A stretch of DNA of 64,000 nucleotides, from the IMG/VR virus record IMGVR_UViG_3300009285_007005. One strand, given 5' to 3'. Positions 57,588-64,000 of the stretch are shown one piece after another. Position 1 is the first letter of the stretch. Every line of letters begins with the position of its first letter. Source of the DNA: an uncultured virus (IMG/VR IMGVR_UViG_3300009285_007005). Taxonomy: Duplodnaviria; Heunggongvirae; Uroviricota; Caudoviricetes. The translations under genes were made by a program, and so were the position numbers. The notes below the pieces were generated by a model. It worked only from the letters and a program-made list of their open reading frames with translations. It made no database searches and was not told the origin of the DNA.

Positions 57588-58064
57588 ATGAAAAAGCAAA
57601 AACCTGAAACCACCCTCCTCCTCGCCGTGGACCCCGGCGCGACGTGCGGCTACGCGTGGAAAATCGCGGGCATCAACAACGAAAGCGGCACATCTGAGTT
57701 GGTGAGAATCGGCGGTTTCCTGGAAAATCTGAAATTGATGGCGCAATCCTACGGCGCAACCCGCGTCATCGCAATCGTAGAACGCTCCACAACCAAATCC
57801 CCGCGCTATCGAGCGCACGCGGCCGATGCAAACAAGGTCATTGACGCGATCAAGCGGACGTGGCCGCGCCGGAATACGATCCACACGGTTGATCCCCGGA
57901 CGTGGCAGCCCGCGATGCTGAAAGGCGCTCCGGGGGCCGACACGAAGGCGCAGAGTATTTACCGCGCCCGGCTGGACGGCTACCAGGGCGACGACCACAA
58001 CGAGGCCGACGCGCGGAATCTTCGGACGTATCTCGAAACAACGATCCTGAGGGGGATGAGATGA
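57588..58064 (+). CDS. Second RuvC/RNase H-fold nuclease
   Basis: 'LAVDPGATCGYA', 'IVER', 'PRTWQ', 'DHNEADA'. Confidence 0.75.
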   Translation: MKKQKPETTLLLAVDPGATCGYAWKIAGINNESGTSELVRIGGFLENLKLMAQSYGATRVIAIVERSTTKSPRYRAHAADANKVIDAIKRTWPRRNTIHTVDPRTWQPAMLKGAPGADTKAQSIYRARLDGYQGDDHNEADARNLRTYLETTILRGMR

Positions 58065-58477
58065 GCGAAAATTCTCGAATTGCGAGAAGTATGATCGATA
58101 TAGCCAAAGAGATTACCGGCGGAAATTTGAAACCAACAATAGCAGGCATATTCGATCAACTCGAAAAACTCTGCGACGAAATCGACGCCCTTGAACGCCT
58201 CCGGGTTCAAGACGCCGTGCTGATTGAGACGCTGCGTAAAACAGCGATCAAATGCCCCGAATGCGGCAAATATCTATTCGGAGGCTCTCACCACGACGGG
58301 AGCGATACGGTTGCGGGCGGATCGCTCAAATGGCTCGATGACTTGCGTATGGAGGTCGTTGAACTCCGCAAGGACCGCGCGCGGCTGAAATATCTCCTGA
58401 GCGTTTCAGACGAATTCGACACGATTGAAGAAATCGACGCCGCCATGGAATCAACCAGAGAGGGGAAACCGCGATGA
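58061..58477 (+). CDS. Hypothetical protein with Zn ribbon
   Basis: 'CPECG', 'KDRARLKYL', 'EIDAAM'. Confidence 0.45.
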   Translation: MSENSRIARSMIDIAKEITGGNLKPTIAGIFDQLEKLCDEIDALERLRVQDAVLIETLRKTAIKCPECGKYLFGGSHHDGSDTVAGGSLKWLDDLRMEVVELRKDRARLKYLLSVSDEFDTIEEIDAAMESTREGKPR

Positions 58478-60158
58478 AAAAGCTTTGGTACGTGCTGGAT
58501 AAAAAGGGGTTTGTACGGGGGAGTGAAGCGACAAAAAGAAAAACACTTTCAGCTGCCTCAAGGTTGCCGCGCCAGCGCTCATTGCGGATTATGGATGTAA
58601 TGACTTGGTGGGCAGAAGCGGAAAAGCGCGGCTGGACCTGCGTGCCCGCCTTCCCGGTGCAAGCGCCGGAAAAAGAAATCCAATGCCACCGCGATCTCAA
58701 AAAGCATCCCGACTGCGACGTGGAGAACGCCCTGGTCTGCCTGTCTTGCCCCGAATCGAAACCCGCGAAGAAAAAGCGAGGCGCGAAATGATCGATCTTG
58801 AGGCGGTGAAAAAGCTGGCGGAAGAGGCGCTGGGTGATTCGGCTCTTCTGAAAAAACCTTACTGTAAATTAACCAGCCGTTCCGACGTGCCCTACCTCGC
58901 CAAAGCGGTGAAGGACATGGCGGTGGAACTCGGTGAGAAGGATCGGGAGATCGCACGGTTGAAAAAACTTCTTTCCGAATATCGGGAAGACTTTGCGGCG
59001 AGGCACGATCATGATTGACCTCGAAGGGCGGAAAATGAAACCAGAGACAAAACTTGTATGGAAGACGTTTGGATCGGGACGTATCAAAGTCACACTCCAG
59101 ACATCCTATGTCTTCGCGCATGTCCTTGAGGACAAGGATGACACAATCACCCTGATCTATCCGAGCGAGGCGAGACGGCTGATTCGTCTTTTGACGCAGG
59201 CGTTAGATTGGCATGAGGGGAGGCTTAGGAAATGATTCTCTGGCTTTCAATCGACATGCCCATGCTCGACGGTAAAGCGTGGGCGCAATTCCCGGAGGTG
59301 AAAACGTGAAGCGCATCAACGAAACAGCTTTTTTGCATTGGCTTTTTGTGGGGCGTCGTGAACGGACATTTCTCGATTGGTACGCTGAAAACACGCGCTC
59401 TGCCAGGATCGGACAATGGATGCTCGATTGGGATTTGCTTTCCTGGAAAAAGGTGTGGTCGCTTCTGAAGCGCATCCGCTACCGCTTTTGGGCCGCGTTG
59501 GCCTGGGCGCGTTTCCTAGATCGATTCACGAAACGCCGATACACCTGCGCCTTTCAAACGCGATGGTTCGGCGCACAGTATGAAGACGGCATCTGCCGTG
59601 GCGGGCGGATGTGGGATTTAGATTCCGACAACAATACAGGAGACGGCCTTCTTTATTCCGGCGGCGAGGATCGATGCCCTATTTGCAAAGGCGCTGGGAA
59701 AATCGGCCCGCATCTTTATTTTCTCGCACATGGACGGAAGCAACGATGACATGCTTGAACTCGAAAACGATGCAACGGGGCATAAAAAGCCTCGCGAGGA
59801 ATTCTGATATGACCGACCTCTTCGCACTCTTCGCACACTGCCGCGGCTGCCAGGCGTTCACGAAGGCCGGATGCTCCGAGGGCGTCTGGGCTACAAGGAC
59901 GGTCTTCGAAAAGCCGCCGCCGACAACGCCCTGCGAGATGTGGGCCGAAAAGCCACGGAAGCCTCGGGACGACACAAAGGTCAAGGAGTATTGGGAGCGC
60001 TACCGGAAAGAGGCGAAGGCGGAGCGCGCGAGGCTATATAAGCGATTCAAGGCGAGCAACCTGTGCCGGTCGGCGTTCCGCGACGAGGAGCGGATCGGCT
60101 GGGACAAGCTGAAGCAGGCGATTGCGGAGAATGAGAAACCGACGGAAAGGATTGACGG

Positions 60159-61190
60159 ATGACCGAACAGGATTTGGAATACAAAGTTCACCCGTACACC
60201 GAAATTTTTCCTTTGATGACGGAAAAGGAACTTTTGGATTTGTCCATCGATATCAAGGATCACGGCTTGGAATTGCCGATCCTGAGACTTCCCGACGGCC
60301 GGATTATCGACGGACGGAACCGCTTTCTTGCATGTAAACGTGCCGGCGTCACTCCCATTTTTAAGGATCTCCAGACCGGCGGGTCTGCAAAAGTTCTCCT
60401 GGCCAAGGTCGTCAGCTTGAATCTCCCCCGGCGGCATCTCACGGAATCGCAACGCGGCATGGTCGCGGCGAAGATTGCGAACATAAAGTTTGGCGACAAT
60501 CAGTATCTCAGAAAGGGTACATCAACTGATGTACCCATAGTTTCCCAGACGAAGGCTGCTGAGATGCTTCAAGTGGGGAAAGCCACGGTTCAACGCGCTA
60601 AAACCGTTCTCACTTCCGGCACTCCCGAACTCCAAAATGCCGTCGAATCCGGCGCCATCTCAGTAAATGCCGCCTCCCGTGTCGCCGCCCTTCCTAAGAA
60701 GGATCAACGCGAGATAGCCAGCTTCGGCGACGCCCGGAAGGCTGCGGGAGCACTGGAAAAGATTCGATCACAAGCCCCTTCCGCGGTGGTTCATCTACAT
60801 GCCTGTATGCTCTGCGGGGAATGCCGGCAAGTTCCTCTCGGAAAAAATGACGAGGACCGCAAGCCCCTCCTGCATTGTAGAAAAAAGCGATTCGAAGCCA
60901 CCGAGCAGAGCAACCTTCCGGCGATCAACGTCTATCAAAACGGCACCTGCGATTGCCCGAAAGCCGATCTCGACGAGGACTATTTCCGGGAAGTCAAAAC
61001 CGACTGCCAGATCAAGATGTCAACGCACCTGAGCGCGTCCATCATTTTCCCGGAAAAACTCCTTGTGAAAATCTACAAGCATCTCCCGATCTCGCCTTGT
61101 AAGGTCTACTTCAAAGCCGAGCACCTATTGTGGCCTGAAAGGAAATCGAAGAGTGCGACGAAGCAAGGAGGCTGTGTTGTCCGGCGATGA
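60159..61190 (+). CDS. ParB/Srx N-terminal domain protein with HTH
   Basis: 'HPYTEIFPLM', 'DIKDHGLELPI', 'IIDGRNR', 'NLPRRHLTESQR', HTH 'SQTKAAEMLQVGKATVQRA'. Confidence 0.85.
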   Translation: MTEQDLEYKVHPYTEIFPLMTEKELLDLSIDIKDHGLELPILRLPDGRIIDGRNRFLACKRAGVTPIFKDLQTGGSAKVLLAKVVSLNLPRRHLTESQRGMVAAKIANIKFGDNQYLRKGTSTDVPIVSQTKAAEMLQVGKATVQRAKTVLTSGTPELQNAVESGAISVNAASRVAALPKKDQREIASFGDARKAAGALEKIRSQAPSAVVHLHACMLCGECRQVPLGKNDEDRKPLLHCRKKRFEATEQSNLPAINVYQNGTCDCPKADLDEDYFREVKTDCQIKMSTHLSASIIFPEKLLVKIYKHLPISPCKVYFKAEHLLWPERKSKSATKQGGCVVRR

Positions 61191-61215
61191 AGACCCCAAA
61201 GCCGTCGAAGCCCGG

Positions 61216-61869
61216 ATGGATAAAAACGAAGAGCCGCCGCAGTGCAATTGGATCGATCAGACGAGCGGCCGGCGGTGCGTGGCCACGTCCCTGTTCGGTT
61301 ATCTCAGGTGCGCGAAGCATCTTGTCGAGGAAAAGGCCGCTCCCGAACCGCCGCCGGAAATTACAACCGCCCTTGCCAAATTGCCGCCGGAAGGCACGAA
61401 TCTGCCGGGACTCGCGATCCATTCGGCGCAACGGATGAGCCCGACGGAGCGGTACATCTACGATCTCACCCGCAAGGGCCTTGTGGAAGAGTACCCGGAA
61501 TTGGATAAGGGCGCCGATGCGATGATGCTGCACCTGGTCTGCTTTCACTTCGCACGGTTCCAGAGCCTTCTTTTCTACGGCGGAAGGCCCCTGAGTCTGA
61601 AACGGAAGGGGAAGGAACAGCAGGTCGAAGAGCACGAGCATCGTGTCAGTGTAATTCTGAGTCAGTTGGGGATACGCCGCGATGTCCGGAAAAAAGTCGA
61701 GGCGCCGCCGAAGGGACGCGACCCGGCCAACCTTAACGTCCTCATCATGGAGGTCATGAAAGCGAAGGGCTCAGACGACGCTTTTTCTGGCAAGGTTCTT
61801 CCGGGCAGGGTTATCGACATGGAGGACGCCGAAATGCAAGAGGAAGACGAAAACGAGGGAGAGGAATGA
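61216..61869 (+). CDS. Terminase small subunit-like protein (tentative)
   Basis: N-terminal 'C...SGRRC...RCAKH' Zn motif; helical body ending 'LSQLGI'; end of the early/middle region; start uncertain. Confidence 0.45.
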   Translation: MDKNEEPPQCNWIDQTSGRRCVATSLFGYLRCAKHLVEEKAAPEPPPEITTALAKLPPEGTNLPGLAIHSAQRMSPTERYIYDLTRKGLVEEYPELDKGADAMMLHLVCFHFARFQSLLFYGGRPLSLKRKGKEQQVEEHEHRVSVILSQLGIRRDVRKKVEAPPKGRDPANLNVLIMEVMKAKGSDDAFSGKVLPGRVIDMEDAEMQEEDENEGEE

Positions 61870-62463
61870 GCGGAATCAGGTTTACGATTTCTCCGGGCAC
61901 CTTGACGATTCAGGTTGCTGAAAAATTACGTGAAGCCGTGGAATCCGGGGAATTCGCAGAAAAGATTGTCGAGGTGGTGCGCCGCGAAGTCCGGAAAGCC
62001 TTTCCGGGTTGGGAGTTCAAGGAGTGGTACGGCATTTTCAAAACGCCGGAGCGGGGCGGTTATTGGATGGTGGTTTCGGAATTCCCGGTCGGGCAAGCGG
62101 ACCCGGACGGGCATTTGAAGGAGGTGGAAAGATGACCAATCAAGAGGTTTTCAACCGAATCCGGGAAGCCCTCGACCTCCCCATCGCGGAAGTCGAGCGG
62201 CGGCTTGATGAGTTCGAGCGGGACGACGTGCTGTTTCACCGGCTGCGGGAGTATGAGGGCGATTCGAGGCGGCTGCTCCTGGCTGTTTTGGAGCATCGTG
62301 GGATGCTCCTACGGTCTGAGTTTATCCGTGCTTTGGAGCAGGTTGTAAATCCGTTCATCATCCCTCCATCCCGGCCACCCGCAGCGCCACCGCCTCGCAT
62401 GGGAGTGAAGTATGAATGATCCCCTTATAGTGCCATTCTATATAATGCTTCGCAATTATCCCC

Positions 62464-62492
62464 TTGACAAAGCAGACAAAAAGCCTTATATT
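62464..62492 (+). promoter_or_regulatory. Sigma70 promoter of the IS1595 transposase
   Basis: TTGACA-17 bp-TATATT. Confidence 0.65.
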
Positions 62493-62517
62493 TTAGCTTA
62501 GAAAGAGGGGAAATGCA

Positions 62518-63423
62518 ATGAATCTGCTTGAAATAGGAAAAATGACCGAAAGCGAAGCCCGGAAACTTCTTGAGGGTATCCGATGGCCGAACAGTGTCCG
62601 TTGTGCTCATTGTGGTTCCGAGAAAGTGACCAAGCTTGAAGGCGACAAGCACCGCGACGGCGTTTACCAATGCAACGAAACAGCATGCCGCGAGCAGTTT
62701 ACGGTGACTGTCGGAACGATCCTGCACAAGTCGAAAATACCTCTCGTTAAATGGGTCATGGCTTTCCATCTTCTTTGCTCCAGTAAGAAAGGCATCAGCG
62801 CTCATCAGCTTTATCGACAGTTGGGGCTTGGGTCTTACAAAACGGCGTGGCATCTTTGCCACAGGATTCGTTGGGCTATGTGCAATGGGGAAGACAAGGT
62901 TTTGCTTGGATTGAATGGTGGAATCGTCGAAGCTGACGAAACCTACATCGGCGGAAAACCGCCAGAATATTTTTCCGAAACTGCTATCAGGTCCGCTAAA
63001 AATCTTGCCGATGCGGTGGGCACGACAGAGGATGACGACACAAGTTTAAAACTTTTGTTCAATCAATCGACAACCCAAATAACGCATCATATATCCGCGA
63101 ATATAATAGATATGTTCAAGGCGGCATATGAGGATTACGGCTCCATCGAAGGGCGCGTAAACCTAATTTCCGACAAGGGACAACTGAAATTCGATGTTCA
63201 CGACGACCTTTATGATAAAGATATTCATTGTATTGCAAAAGATGAGCATTTAGAAATATTTATGCAGGCATTCCGAAAACGAGTTGAAGTTTATGGAATG
63301 ATTCGCTATCGCCGCGACGGTGTTCCAAATAATATCGTTGTGGAAAGAGTTGAAATTTTCCCGGCCCCAGAGGATCTGCCAAGTTTTGATGATGTTAGGG
63401 GAATTTTAAGGGGATTGCTTTGA
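62518..63423 (+). mobile_element. Truncated IS1595-family transposase fused in frame to an unrelated C-terminal domain
   Basis: 'IRWP..VRCAHCG', 'FTVTVGT', 'KKGISAHQL', 'YKTAW', 'VEADETYIGGK'; the later catalytic D and E motifs are missing. Confidence 0.8.
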
Positions 63424-63600
63424 AAGATCGCATTTATTGGGATTCAGATTGTTTCTTGGGTTGGCTCCAAGGTGAGCCGGGAAAAGAGAAACTATGCCAT
63501 GATACGATAGAGAAAGCAAAAAAGAGAGAGGTACTAATTGTCACATCAGCCTTGACGCTGACTGAAGTTCTGGCGGTGAAAAAATTAAAAAAAATTGGCG
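63420..63600 (+). pseudogene. PIN-domain (VapC-like) nuclease, truncated
   Basis: 'IYWDSDCFLGWL', 'IVTSALTLTEV'; similarity lost after the A-rich run at about 63580. Confidence 0.65.
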
Positions 63601-63662
63601 ATTATGCACTTGACAAACCAAAGCCCGATTCCGGACTTTTCTGGCGCGATCCGCACCCGATC

Positions 63663-63827
63663 CTACCGGCCCGACTTCGCCGTCAACTTCCGACGAGCCG
63701 TTTTCCGGCGTGGCTTCGGTTTTGCGATCTTCACCTTGCGGATGGGCGGCACTCCTAGCGCCTGACTCATCATCGCGTCGAAGTCAGCCATGCTGATCCG
63801 CTTCTTGGGTGTCTCTTTCGGCGGCAT
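63663..63827 (-). CDS. Small basic protein (54 aa), absent from the ORF track
   Basis: MPPKETPKKRISMADFDAMMSQALGVPPIRKVKIAKPKPRRKTARRKLTAKSGR*; GAGG RBS upstream. Confidence 0.45.
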   Translation of the reverse strand: MPPKETPKKRISMADFDAMMSQALGVPPIRKVKIAKPKPRRKTARRKLTAKSGR

Positions 63828-64000
63828 TGCCAGTTTCCTCTCTACAGAAGATCGATTTGCTTGCCCGCATTCGCGGCGCGTTGAGCAGCCTTTAATACTT
63901 CAAGGCTCATCGGAATTTCTAAGCGCTTACCGTCCTCTACTATCTCGCGTATCGTAACGATTTCGATCTTGTCATAACTTCGGCCCATATCTTCATGTTT

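Noticed and set aside
60159..61190. Complete ParABS operon
   Set aside because: No ParA; this ParB-N family is common in phages outside partition loci, and parS is 32 kb away
62425..62460. IS1595 terminal inverted repeat or dif-like site
   Set aside because: No matching partner found in the window and poor match to the dif consensus
1..64000. Alternative genetic code or stop-codon reassignment
   Set aside because: Genes tile densely under the standard code and all three stop codons end genes

Overview
Most of this window (about 1493-62420) is a temperate-type, contractile-tailed (myovirus-like) phage genome with genes almost all on the + strand. It runs: tyrosine recombinase and HTH gene; head module (portal-like, ClpP, protease/scaffold, capsid); tail and baseplate with an embedded lysis cassette; a minus-strand RHH/lipoprotein moron carrying a near-perfect parS site; a structured non-coding region; a 7-kb glycan-modification cluster (two GT9, GT4, GT2, methyltransferases, radical SAM) with an FtsZ/tubulin-family GTPase in its middle; an att-like tRNA-Leu 3' half fused directly into a broken repressor HTH with no adjacent integrase; then early, recombination and replication genes (SSAP-like, Rad50-like, UvrD, truncated RecD2, DNA methylase, SNF2, initiator, DnaB, two RuvC-like, ParB-like, probable TerS). 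No large terminase is visible. The first 1.5 kb is AT-richer, Patescibacteria(CPR)-like DNA joined mid-gene to the recombinase, possibly an assembly chimera. The last 1.5 kb is a rearranged IS1595/PIN remnant. The most interesting hypothesis is a phage that lost its integration/immunity cassette and may persist as an episome using parS, a tubulin and a Xer-like resolvase. All calls come from reading motifs by eye; no searches were run.
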